From an uncultured delta proteobacterium (lineage in GTDB: Bacteria; Desulfobacterota; Syntrophorhabdia; Syntrophorhabdales; WCHB1-27), in the NCBI GenBank assembly GCA_963810935.1, contig CAWEPK010000010.1:256001-320000 (forward strand): 64,000 nt of DNA, written 5' to 3'. Numbering within the stretch: the stretch's first letter is position 1; every line of letters starts with the position of its first letter. A model generated the notes under the pieces. That model ran no database searches, had not been told where the DNA came from, and worked only from the letters and a program-made list of their open reading frames with translations. Made by a program: the position numbers and the translations under genes. Positions 53,690-63,254 of this stretch are shown piece by piece.

Positions 53690-53705
53690 AGGTTGGAATA
53701 AGTCT

Positions 53706-55304
53706 ATGAAGAAGAGAATAACTGTCCGGGACATGTCGAGAGCGGACCGGCAGCTTGCCACGCTTGCGCCGTCCGGCTTTATGCCGCTGCCTCCCCCTTA
53801 CGACGGTCCAAACGTGATAGGCGAGCTTTCAGACGAGCAGAAGGCTCGGTACGAGGCCTCCCTCGACGGCGTCATAGCTGTAGGGGTGCGGAAACCGCAA
53901 AGCCCCGCCGAAGAAGAGGCGTTCTGCCGCGGCTTCCTCTCGGGCCTCGCGAAGCTCATGACCAAAGAAAACAACTGGACGTTCCTCCAGCCCCTGATGC
54001 ATTCGCTGGACTACTGCGTCAAGTGCCAGCTTTGCAGCGACTCATGTCCCGCGTATCTGGGTAGCGGCAAGCAGGAAATATACCGGCCGACCTTCCGGCC
54101 GGAGGTCCTCCGCCGCATCATCAACAAATATCTCAAGGAAGAGGGCGGTCTGCTCCGCAAGCTGACCGCGAGCGACATCGAACTGAACTTCACCCTTCTG
54201 GCAAGGCTTGAAGAGCTTGCCCACAGGTGCACGCTGTGCCGCCGCTGCGCGCAGGTCTGCCCGCTTGGCGTCGATAACGCGCTGATCTCGCGGGAGATCA
54301 GGAAGCTTTTCAGCCAGGAGATGGGCATCGCCGCGAAAGAGCTGCACGAGCAGGGCACCGTGCAGCAGTTGAAGGTGGGTTCGAGCACGGGCATTACGCC
54401 CAAGGCGCTGGCCAACATCATCGACTTCATGGAAGACGACATAGAGGAGAAGACGGGCAAACGCATAAAGATACCCGTAGACAAGGAAGGGGCCGACGCC
54501 CTTCTCGTGCACAACGCGGGGGAGTTTCTCGCCTGGCCGGAAAACCCGGAGGCGTTTGCGATCCTTTTCGACGCGATGGGCATCGACTATACCCTTTCCA
54601 GCGATCTGGTAGGCTACGATGCGGTCAATTACGGCATATGGTATGATGATGTGCAGGCAGCACGGGTGGCGGTGCGCCACGCGGAGGCTGCGAAGCGCCT
54701 GAAGGTGAATAAGATCTACGTCGGTGAATGCGGCCATTCGCACAAGGCGCTCCTCGTGATCGCCGACCGGATACTGACAGGCGACCTCAATATACCGAGG
54801 GAAAGCTTCCTGCCTCTCATGGAGCGGTTCGTCACGAGCGGAAAGGCAAAGTTCGACCCGTCGAGGAACGCTTTTCCCGTGACCCTCCACGACCCGTGCA
54901 ACATGGTCCGCCTTATGGGTATCGTCGAGCCGCAGAGGAAGATACTCCGGGCGATTTGCCCGGATTTCAGGGAGATGACGCCCCACGGCGTAGAGAACTA
55001 CTGCTGCGGAGGGGGCAGCGGCTTTGCGATCATGCAGTCGATGAACTTCCCAGACTGGCGCAACGCCATATCGGGAAGGATGAAGATGAAGCAGGTCATA
55101 GAGGCTTTTGCTGATAGACCCGATCCGGGCGTCAAAAAGTACGTCTGCGCCCCCTGCTCGAACTGCAAAGGCCTCTTGAGGGACCTGATCACTTATCACG
55201 GCGCGTATGAAAAGAGCGGCATATTCTACGGGGGCCTGGTAGAGCTTGTTGTCAATGCGATGGCGGACCTGAAGAAGCCGTACATCGATTGGGAATGGCA
55301 CTAA
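53706..55304 (+). CDS. DsrK-like/HdrD-type CCG-domain Fe-S protein (first module)
   Basis: CVKCQLCSDSCP, CTLCRRCAQVCP, GECGH and HDPC...CCGGG...CSNC. Confidence 0.88.
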   Translation: MKKRITVRDMSRADRQLATLAPSGFMPLPPPYDGPNVIGELSDEQKARYEASLDGVIAVGVRKPQSPAEEEAFCRGFLSGLAKLMTKENNWTFLQPLMHSLDYCVKCQLCSDSCPAYLGSGKQEIYRPTFRPEVLRRIINKYLKEEGGLLRKLTASDIELNFTLLARLEELAHRCTLCRRCAQVCPLGVDNALISREIRKLFSQEMGIAAKELHEQGTVQQLKVGSSTGITPKALANIIDFMEDDIEEKTGKRIKIPVDKEGADALLVHNAGEFLAWPENPEAFAILFDAMGIDYTLSSDLVGYDAVNYGIWYDDVQAARVAVRHAEAAKRLKVNKIYVGECGHSHKALLVIADRILTGDLNIPRESFLPLMERFVTSGKAKFDPSRNAFPVTLHDPCNMVRLMGIVEPQRKILRAICPDFREMTPHGVENYCCGGGSGFAIMQSMNFPDWRNAISGRMKMKQVIEAFADRPDPGVKKYVCAPCSNCKGLLRDLITYHGAYEKSGIFYGGLVELVVNAMADLKKPYIDWEWH

Positions 55305-55317
55305 GGGAGGGAGTGCT

Positions 55318-55653
55318 ATGGCAGAGCAAAAGGTGTTCGTATTGGGCCGGGAAGGGATAAGCGGCGAAGACGAAACACTCGGGTTCGAGATATTAATGGC
55401 AATGGTCCGGAGCCTCTCCAGCCGCGAGGAGCTTCCGGCCGCGATCGTTTTCTGGAATACGGCGGTGCGGCTTCTGACCGACGCGTCGCCCGTGTTGGAG
55501 CAGCTCAAGGCACTGGAGGAGAAAGGCGTCGCCCTGGTCGCCGGCAAGCTTTGTCTCAGCGAACTGGAGATAACGAATCTTGCCGTAGGCAAGGCCGGAA
55601 CTATGGACGACATCCTCGACCTGTTCAATAAGTACGGGGTGGTGAGCTTGTGA
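55318..55653 (+). CDS. DsrE-fold protein (YedF C-terminal-like)
   Basis: LG..ILM, P..IVFWNTAV.L, LKALEEKGV, GKLCL and AVG...TM pattern. Confidence 0.75.
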   Translation: MAEQKVFVLGREGISGEDETLGFEILMAMVRSLSSREELPAAIVFWNTAVRLLTDASPVLEQLKALEEKGVALVAGKLCLSELEITNLAVGKAGTMDDILDLFNKYGVVSL

Positions 55654-55684
55654 TAAGAGGATTTACAGGGGCTTCCGGGGAGCG

Positions 55685-56665
55685 ATGACCCTCCCCCTTC
55701 TCTCGGTCCTCGGCCTTGCGGCCCTCGGCTGGGCGGGCGCGCAGCTCCCCGGCCTTACCGCTGTCGCAGTCCCTTATGCGGCCCTTCTGCTTTTCGCAGC
55801 AGGCTTCGTCTACCGTCTCGCTGCCTGGGGGACCTCCCCCGTGCCTTTTCATATCCCCACAGTCTGCGGCCAGCAGCGGTCCCTGCCCTGGATAAAGTCA
55901 TCAACGATCGACAGCCCTTCCACCCGGACGGGCGTCTTCTTTCGTATGGCCCTCGAAGTCCTGTTGTTCCGTTCCCTATGGCAGAATGACAGGATGGAGA
56001 TGAAAAGGCACGAGAAGCTGATCTACGGCTCCAACCGCTACCTCTGGCTCTTCGGCCTCATGTTTCATTGGTCGCTCCTTATAATTCTCTTCCGCCACAT
56101 GCACTTTTTCATGGAATTCCCCGGCATCAGTCGGGTCGAGTCGATAGACGGCTTTTTCCGCATCGGCCTGCCTGCCCTCTATATGAGCAACGTCTTCATC
56201 GCTGCGGCACTTATCTTCCTTTTCGCAAGACGCCTTACCCCCAGACTCCGCATGATATCCCTGCCGCAGGATTACTTCTCCCTTTTCCTTCTCATGGCAG
56301 TAATCGCTTCCGGCACGCTCATGCGCTATTGTTTCAGGGCCGACGTCGAGCGCGTCAAGGAAGTGGTGACGGCCCTCGTCTCCCTAAAGCCGATAGCCCC
56401 GGCCGGGATAGGCGCGTTCTTCTATATCCATCTTTTCCTGGTATCAATTCTCTTCGCCTGGTTTCCATTCAGCAAGCTTATGCACGCACCGGGCGTTTTT
56501 TTGAGCCCCACCCGGAACCTGAAGAATGACAGCCGCGCGAGAAGGCACGTCAACCCGTGGAACTACCCCGTAAAGGTGCACACTTACGCGGAGTATGAGG
56601 AAGAGTTCGGCAAGGCTATGGAGGAAGCAGGCCTGCCCGTGGATAAGGGGGGCACGCATGGCTGA
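55685..56665 (+). CDS. dsrM: DsrM membrane cytochrome b
   Basis: PVPFHIPTVCGQQ.SLPWIK, EVLLFRSL, FHWS...RH and HLFLV...FPFSKLMH...LSPTRN. Confidence 0.92.
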   Translation: MTLPLLSVLGLAALGWAGAQLPGLTAVAVPYAALLLFAAGFVYRLAAWGTSPVPFHIPTVCGQQRSLPWIKSSTIDSPSTRTGVFFRMALEVLLFRSLWQNDRMEMKRHEKLIYGSNRYLWLFGLMFHWSLLIILFRHMHFFMEFPGISRVESIDGFFRIGLPALYMSNVFIAAALIFLFARRLTPRLRMISLPQDYFSLFLLMAVIASGTLMRYCFRADVERVKEVVTALVSLKPIAPAGIGAFFYIHLFLVSILFAWFPFSKLMHAPGVFLSPTRNLKNDSRARRHVNPWNYPVKVHTYAEYEEEFGKAMEEAGLPVDKGGTHG

Positions 56666-58237
56666 GCCGAAACAGGAAGAGATGCTTCAAGGCATCGACT
56701 ACAAGGCATCCGGCTGGATGGCCCCATCCGCCCCTTTCCGCAAAGGGACATACTCCTACGGCGCGCCGGTCAAGCACCAGAAGTACCTGGAGCTGCCCAA
56801 CATAAGGGAGTGGCAGCCGACGGATGCGGACTGGAAGCTCCCGGAAAACTGGAAAGAGATCGTCCTCTCCGGCATGAAGAAGCTCCTTGCCCGCCACCGC
56901 TCGTTCAGGCTTTACCTGGACATCTGCGTCCGCTGCGGCGCCTGCGCGGACAAGTGCCATTACTACATCGGCTCCGGCGACCCTAAGAACATGCCCGTCA
57001 TCCGCGCGGAGCTTTTACGCTCCGTTTACCGCCGCTACTTCACGACCGGGGGCCGCCTTTTCGGCCGCCTGGCAGGCGGGCGAGAGCTTACCGAGGACGT
57101 GATCAAGGAATGGTTCTACTATTTCTACCAGTGCTCGGAGTGCCGCCGCTGCTCCGTCTTCTGTCCCTACGGCATCGATACCTGCGAGATCACGATGATG
57201 GGCAGGGAGTGCTCAACCTGGTGGGCATCAACATCCAGTGGGTGGTGGAGCCTGCCTCCAACTGTTTCAGGACGGGCAACCACTTAGGGATTCCTCCCCA
57301 TGCAATGAAGGAGACCCTCGAATTTGCCGTAGACGAGCTGGAAGGCATAACAGGCATCAAGGTGGACCTCCCCATAAATAAAAAGGGCGCGGAAATCCTT
57401 TTTGTAGCCCCTTCGGCGGACTTCTTCGCAAGCCCCCACTGGTATACGCTTTTGGGCTACCTGGCCCTCTTCCATGAGATAGGCCTCGACTACACGTGGA
57501 GCACCTATGCGTCCGAAGGGGGCAACTTCGGCCTCTTCCATTCTTCCGAGCTTGAAAAGCGCCTCAACGCAAAGATTTACGCGGAGGCTAAAAGATTGGG
57601 AGTCAAGTGGATACTCGGCGGAGAATGCGGACACATGTGGCGCGTCATCCACCAGTACATGGATACCATGAACGGCCCGGCCGACTTCCTTGAAGAACCG
57701 GTATCTCCCATAACCGGTACGAGGTTCGCGAACGCCCGCTCCACGAAGATGGTCCACATATCGGAGTTTTCCGCAGACCTCATAAAGAACGGCAAGATCA
57801 CCCTCAACCCGTCCCGGAACGACAAGTACAGCATCACGTACCACGATTCGTGCAACCCGGCCCGCGCGATGGGGCTTTTTGAGGAGCCCCGCTTTATCCT
57901 GAATAACGTCGCAAACTACTTCTACGAGATGCCGGAGAACACAATAAGGGAAAAAACTTTCTGCTGCGGCGGCGGTGCGGGTCTTGGGGCCGACGAGAAC
58001 ATGGAAATGAGGCTCAGGGGAGGACTCCCGAGGGCAAACGCGGTCAAATACGTACATGAGCGCCACGGCGTAAACATGCTCGCCTGCATGTGCGCCATCG
58101 ATAAAGCTTCGCTCCCTCCCCTCATGGAATACTGGGTGCCGGGGGTCGAGGTATGCGGCGTCCATGAACTGCTCGGGAATGCCCTCGTGATGAAGGGGGA
58201 GACGCGGACGACCGATTTGCGGGGCGAGCCGCTATGA
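56658..58237 (+). CDS. dsrK: DsrK, apparent -1 frameshift near 57209
   Basis: ICVRCGACADKCH, PKNMPV.RAELLRSVY, CSECRRCSVFCPYGIDT, SEGGNFG, GECGHMWR and HDSC...CCGGG. Confidence 0.93.
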
Positions 58238-58611
58238 GACCGGCCGCCGTCATCATCGCCATCTTTTTGGTTCTCCTCGCCCTGCCCTTCGTCTATAATA
58301 CGATAAGCAGGGGAGCGCCCCCTGTCCTCGTCCCGCCGCCCGGGGGCGAGAAACAGTGCGTCGAGCCGGTGGAGTACATGCGCAAGCACCACGTCGAGAT
58401 TCTGAAAGATTGGCGGGATGAGCGCGTGCGCGACGGGAAGGTTGCATACGTCTCCTCGACAGGTAGGTCCTATACGATAAGCCTCACCGGGACGTGCCTT
58501 GGCTGCCATTCCAACAAGGCGGAATTCTGCGACCGCTGCCACAACTACCTGCGGGTAGAGCCTAACTGCTTCGACTGCCATGTCGTGCCGAAGGCAAAGG
58601 GGGCCGGATGA
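58234..58611 (+). CDS. dsrJ: DsrJ triheme cytochrome c
   Basis: Three CxxCH motifs (CLGCH, CDRCH, CFDCH), QCVE..YMR..H, and an N-terminal anchor. Confidence 0.93.
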   Translation: MRPAAVIIAIFLVLLALPFVYNTISRGAPPVLVPPPGGEKQCVEPVEYMRKHHVEILKDWRDERVRDGKVAYVSSTGRSYTISLTGTCLGCHSNKAEFCDRCHNYLRVEPNCFDCHVVPKAKGAG

Positions 58612-59312
58612 ATAGAAGAGACTTCCTCCGCACCCTCGCAATTATGGGTTTTGCCATCGTCGCTCCCGCCGATATACTCAAGGCTGCGCAGCCGGGCAGA
58701 CGATGGGCGATGACGATCGACCTGTCCGCGTGCTCCGACGGGTGCACTGATTGCATCTCGGCCTGCCACACGATCCACAATGTACCCGATATCGCCGACC
58801 CCAAACGGAAGATACGGTGGATATGGACGTCGCCGTTCGAGGACCTTTTCCCGGAGGCCCCGGCCTATAAAATGCGCGGTCCCGTCCTCGCACTCTGCAA
58901 TCACTGTGAGGAGCCGCCCTGCGTGCCCGTCTGCCCGGTCAAGGCCACATTCAAGAGGGCAGACGGCATAGTCATGATGGATTACCACAGGTGCATAGGC
59001 TGCCGGTACTGTGTTGCCGCCTGCCCTTACGGGGCGCGCAGCTTCAACTGGGAGGACCCGAGGCCGTATATCCGCAAGGTCGATCCCGGATACCCCACCC
59101 GGACAAGGGGTGTGGTGGAAAAGTGCAATTTCTGTGAAGAACGGCTGGTAAAGGGGCTTATGCCCGCCTGCGTGGAAGCGTGCAGTAAGGGGCTTGCCTT
59201 CGGCGACCTGAACGACAGCGGGTCTGCCGTAAGACGCCTTCTTTCATCGAGGCACGCGATGCGGCGGAAGGCCTACCTGGGCACGAAACCAGACGTGTTT
59301 TACCTGATATGA
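58608..59312 (+). CDS. dsrO: DsrO periplasmic Fe-S protein
   Basis: Tat motif [34 protein letters not shown] and EKCNFC. Confidence 0.93.
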   Translation: MNRRDFLRTLAIMGFAIVAPADILKAAQPGRRWAMTIDLSACSDGCTDCISACHTIHNVPDIADPKRKIRWIWTSPFEDLFPEAPAYKMRGPVLALCNHCEEPPCVPVCPVKATFKRADGIVMMDYHRCIGCRYCVAACPYGARSFNWEDPRPYIRKVDPGYPTRTRGVVEKCNFCEERLVKGLMPACVEACSKGLAFGDLNDSGSAVRRLLSSRHAMRRKAYLGTKPDVFYLI

Positions 59313-59325
59313 GGGCAATAAATGA

Positions 59326-59486
59326 CCCTGCTGCTTGCAGCAGGGTATCCAGGACAACGAGCTAAGGCGAGTCTTTGAGGGGGAGGCTCCACCGGCTTTG
59401 CCGGTGGAGGGGGCGACGCTAGCCCCAGTAATTGCCACGGAGCGAAGCGAAAAGAGGTCTCCCTGCAGCAAGCTGCAGGGAATCCA
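59326..59486. repeat. Composite intergenic repeat: an inverted pair of 20-bp palindromes flanking copy 2 of the structured repeat
   Basis: CCCTGCTGCTTGCAGCAGGG (59326-59345) and CCCTGCAGCAAGCTGCAGGG (59461-59480) surround 59376-59436. Confidence 0.85.
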
Positions 59487-59507
59487 CCAGTTGAGGAGCG
59501 GCAGGCG

Positions 59508-60660
59508 ATGATTGAAAAAGGGCTGAAAGGCGGCGGCGCTTATTGGGTGTGGCTCTCCTTTCTTTGCCGCACTCACAGTTGCGGGCTTCATCGCCTGGCT
59601 TCAGCAGTGGGCATACGGCCTCGCCGTCACCGGCATGGGCCGGACGGTCTCCTGGGGGCTTTATATAGCCAACTTTACCTTCTTCGTCGGCGTAGCGGCA
59701 TCTGCGGTGACCGTCGTCCTCCCTTACTACCTCCACAACGTAAAAGAGTTCAGGCGCATAGTCATCCTGGGCGAGTTCCTGGCCGTCTCGTCGGTCGTCA
59801 TGTCGCTCCTTTTCATTATCGCGGACCTAGGCCGTCCGGACCGCGCATTCAATATGATCGTCCACCCGACGCCCACGTCCCTGCTCTTTTGGGACATGAT
59901 CGTCCTCAATGGATACCTCATCCTGAACCTCGTGATCGGCTGGTCCACCCTGGACGCGGAAGCCAAAGGAGAGAAGCCGCTGGCATGGGTCCGCTTTTTT
60001 ATCATTTTGTCGATCCCGTGGGCGGTCAGCATCCATACGGTGACTGCCTTTATTTACCAGGGGCTCGTTGCCCGCCCGCTCTGGCACAGCGCTTTGTGGG
60101 CGCCGCGATTCCTCGCCTCGGCCTTCGCCTCCGGCCCTTCCCTGCTTATCCTTCTGGCCCTCTTCCTCAAAAAAGTGAGCCGCTTCGACGCAGGGTCGGA
60201 TGCAATCCGCAAGGCGACGACGATAGCCACGTATGCACTCCTCGTCAATATATTCCTGCTGCTGGTCGAGCTGTTTACGACGATTTACGCTGCCGTGCCC
60301 GAGGACACGGAATCGCTGAAGTACCTTTTCTTCGGCATCGACGGGCACAATGCCCTCGTCCCCTGGATGTGGGCTTCGATGGCGCTCATGGGCCTATCTG
60401 CATGCGCCCTTCTCTTCGAGAGGCTGCGGAACAACGAGGCTGTTCTCGTCTTTATCTGCCTCGCCATATTTATAGGCGTCTGGATCGATAAGGGCCTGGG
60501 GCTGGTAGTGCCGGGCTTCATCCCCTCCCCCCTGGGAGAAATCATCGAATACGGCCCCACGTTCCCTGAATGCCTCATCACGGCAGGGGTGTGGGCATTA
60601 GGAGCGCTGATCGTGACGGTGATGTACCGTGTAGTCGTGAGCGTCAGAGAAAGTGCTTAG
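59508..60660 (+). CDS. dsrP: DsrP (NrfD/PsrC family), apparent +1 frameshift near 59565
   Basis: MIEKGLKG..YW, TGM...VSWGLYIANFTFFVGVAAS, DLGRP, SIHTVTAF, PRFLASAF and WIDKG. Confidence 0.92.
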
Positions 60661-60696
60661 TTTTCTTTTTGCTTTTAGAACAGGGAGGTAGTGGTT

Positions 60697-61497
60697 ATGA
60701 ACATTTCGAGAAGGGACCTTTTGGGAAGCATGGGAGGGCTCGTCCTGGGCCTCGGCCTGGGAGGGCTAGGCACGGGCATCACAAACGGCATAGCAGCCGA
60801 GGCGCAGCCGCAGGCCGCCGAGCTGCCGTGGCCCTATAAGAAGCTCGACCCCGACTCTGCTGCGGAGAGGGCCTACGAGGGATACTACAAGGGCGCCTGC
60901 TGCTTCGGCGGCTTCGACGGCATCGTGGGTGAGCTGCGCAAGGAGGTGGGCGCGCCGTACACGACCTTTCCTTCGTCCTTGATGGCCTTCGGCGAAGGCG
61001 GCGTGGCCGGCATGTCAACCCTCTGCGGGGCGCTGAACGGGGCGGCCATGGCCATATTCCTGACCGCGGGCGGCATGGACAAGGAGAAGAAGGACAGGGC
61101 CTTCAAGCTCATAAGAGAGCTGTACACGTGGTACGAGCAGGAGCCCCTGCCCGACTACAAGCCGAAGAACCCGAAGTTCCAGATCGTCGCTTCAGTCTCC
61201 CGCTCGCCTCTGTGTCACGTCTCGGTCACGAACTGGTGCAAGGTGTCGAAGTTCAAGTCCTTCTCTAAGGAGCGCGCGGAGCGTTGCGCCTGGATATCGG
61301 CTTCCGTCGCCCACCGTGCGGTCCTGCTGCTCAATGATAACCTGGCAGGCTCGTTCAAGACCGCCCACGGCTTGACCGCCCAGACGCAGACTTGCCGTAG
61401 CTGCCATGACCAGGGAGGAATGCTGGAAAACTCGCGGGGAATGATGGATTGCGGAGGATGCCACTTTACTCCCAAAACGAAGCATCCTAAGATATAG
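60697..61497 (+). CDS. Tat-exported split-Soret cytochrome c-like protein (C-GCAxxG-C-C domain plus two CxxCH)
   Basis: SRRDLL Tat motif; LPWPY.KLDP, GACC, LCGALNG, SPLCH and ERC; CRSCH and CGGCH. Confidence 0.82.
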   Translation: MNISRRDLLGSMGGLVLGLGLGGLGTGITNGIAAEAQPQAAELPWPYKKLDPDSAAERAYEGYYKGACCFGGFDGIVGELRKEVGAPYTTFPSSLMAFGEGGVAGMSTLCGALNGAAMAIFLTAGGMDKEKKDRAFKLIRELYTWYEQEPLPDYKPKNPKFQIVASVSRSPLCHVSVTNWCKVSKFKSFSKERAERCAWISASVAHRAVLLLNDNLAGSFKTAHGLTAQTQTCRSCHDQGGMLENSRGMMDCGGCHFTPKTKHPKI

Positions 61498-61559
61498 TAA
61501 CCCTTTGAAGCGGGGCGAGTCGTCAGGCACGCCCCAATCCTGTTCGTAGGAGAGGTGTT

Positions 61560-62972
61560 ATGGCGGATAATAAGAAACCCGTAGCGCAGCAGGGAGCAAA
61601 GCCAGGCGCCGGCGAGGCGCAGCCTCCTTCCATGGGATGGAAGGAGCTTTACTTAAAGGAAGACTGGTGGGCGATCTACCTTGGGCTCGGCATTGTGGTG
61701 GTTGCGCTCATCGCTTTCCTGAGCGGCAGTACTGTCGTTAAGGCGCTGTCCGTCAACCCGGGCGGTCTGAAATGGTCGTCCCTCGACCAGCTCGGAACCC
61801 ATTTCAGCAATAACATCCAACTTTACGTCCTGCAATTGATCTGCTGGCTCATCATCCTTGGAATACCGGCGAGAATAATGGGCATAAAGGGGTCCAGCTT
61901 TGTCCCGTCCTTCATAATCCTCTATATACTCTCGGTCATCATGTTCGCCATCGGCGGATGGGTGGACGCTGGCAAATACAACATGGAGCCGCCCCTCCTC
62001 GCGCTGATTCTCGGCCTTCTGATAGCCAATATTGTACCCCTTCCACAGTGGATCAATGCGGGCTTCCGGGTCGAGTATTACGTGAAGACAGGCATCGTCC
62101 TTTTGGGAGCGACGTTCCCTCTCACGCTCGTCTTCTCCGCCGGGCCGGTGGCCCTCTTTCAGGCGACGGTCATTTCTCTTATCACCTGCCTGGTGATATA
62201 CTTCGCCGCCACTAAGCTGCTGGGCCTTGATAAAAAACTTGGCGCGCTCCTCGGCGTCGGCGGCGCGGTCTGCGGTGTCTCCGCATCCATCGCAATCGCG
62301 GCGTCGGTAAGGGCAAAGAAGGAACACCTATACATGACGGTGACCCTCGTCGTTATCTGGGCGCTCGTCATGGTTTTCTTCATCCCCTTTATGTCCAAGG
62401 TCTTCAACCTTAACGCCGGACAGGCGGGCGCATGGGTGGGGACCTCGGAGTTCGCCGACGCGGCAGGCTTCGCGGCAGCATCCGCTTATGGCCGGATGTC
62501 GGGCAATGAGAACGCAGCCCTCCAGGCGTTTACCCTTATGAAAGTTATCGGCAGGGACATCTGGATAGGTATCTGGTCCTTTATCTTCGCCCTGATAGCC
62601 TGCCTCAAGTGGGAGAAAGAAGAATGCGGCGTAAGGCCGAGCGCAATGGAGATATGGTGGAGGTTCCCCAAGTTTGTCATCGGTTTCTTCGTTGCCTCCT
62701 TAATAATGACGGCGGTGACTGCCGGGTACGCGGCACCCGTGTTCAATAAGGTCGTCAAACCTGGGTTGATCGGACCTATCGCGTCACTGAGAGGCTGGAC
62801 CTTCATATTCTGCTTTATGAGCATAGGACTGACGACCAGGTTCAGGGAGCTGAAGGGAGCCGGTGTGAAGCCCTTCGGTGCGTTCACCCTAGGCGTGATC
62901 ATCAACGTGGTGCTAGGCTTCCTTCTCTCGGTATACGTTTTCGGCGATTATTGGACGAAGCTCGTTAAGTGA
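61560..62972 (+). CDS. Putative sulfate exporter family (YeiH/UPF0324) transporter
   Basis: EDWWAI, KTGIVLLG, VCGVSASIA, AGAWVGTS and RFPKFVIGF; many TM helices. Confidence 0.88.
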   Translation: MADNKKPVAQQGAKPGAGEAQPPSMGWKELYLKEDWWAIYLGLGIVVVALIAFLSGSTVVKALSVNPGGLKWSSLDQLGTHFSNNIQLYVLQLICWLIILGIPARIMGIKGSSFVPSFIILYILSVIMFAIGGWVDAGKYNMEPPLLALILGLLIANIVPLPQWINAGFRVEYYVKTGIVLLGATFPLTLVFSAGPVALFQATVISLITCLVIYFAATKLLGLDKKLGALLGVGGAVCGVSASIAIAASVRAKKEHLYMTVTLVVIWALVMVFFIPFMSKVFNLNAGQAGAWVGTSEFADAAGFAAASAYGRMSGNENAALQAFTLMKVIGRDIWIGIWSFIFALIACLKWEKEECGVRPSAMEIWWRFPKFVIGFFVASLIMTAVTAGYAAPVFNKVVKPGLIGPIASLRGWTFIFCFMSIGLTTRFRELKGAGVKPFGAFTLGVIINVVLGFLLSVYVFGDYWTKLVK

Positions 62973-63229
62973 GAACTATAAGGCAGCGGATTGATAATCC
63001 GACACCGGCCGGCGAGAAGTGCGACCCGGCCGGCCGGTGCGCGGGCTGCGCGCACTTCGAGGCGGACCCGGCCATGGTTGAGTCCGCGTTGCCGGGGATG
63101 ACGGTTCTCGCATCGGCCTACTCGTCGGTAAGCGCCGGTGTGGGGCTGTGTATGCTCCACGACCTCGTTGTCTCCCCGTGGAAGGGGTGCGGGGACTTCG
63201 AGGAGCGGGGCGGCGGCAGTCCGGCATAG
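62969..63229 (+). CDS. Small Cys-rich hypothetical protein
   Basis: CAGCAHF...GLCMLHD...CGDF; GTGA overlap with the transporter stop. Confidence 0.65.
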   Translation: MRTIRQRIDNPTPAGEKCDPAGRCAGCAHFEADPAMVESALPGMTVLASAYSSVSAGVGLCMLHDLVVSPWKGCGDFEERGGGSPA

Positions 63230-63254
63230 CGTACAACGTGGAAGGAGGGGTCTC

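Noticed and set aside
51490..59570. Programmed ribosomal frameshifting in dsr genes
   Set aside because: The shifts go in both directions, lack a shared slippery motif, and also occur in unrelated housekeeping genes.
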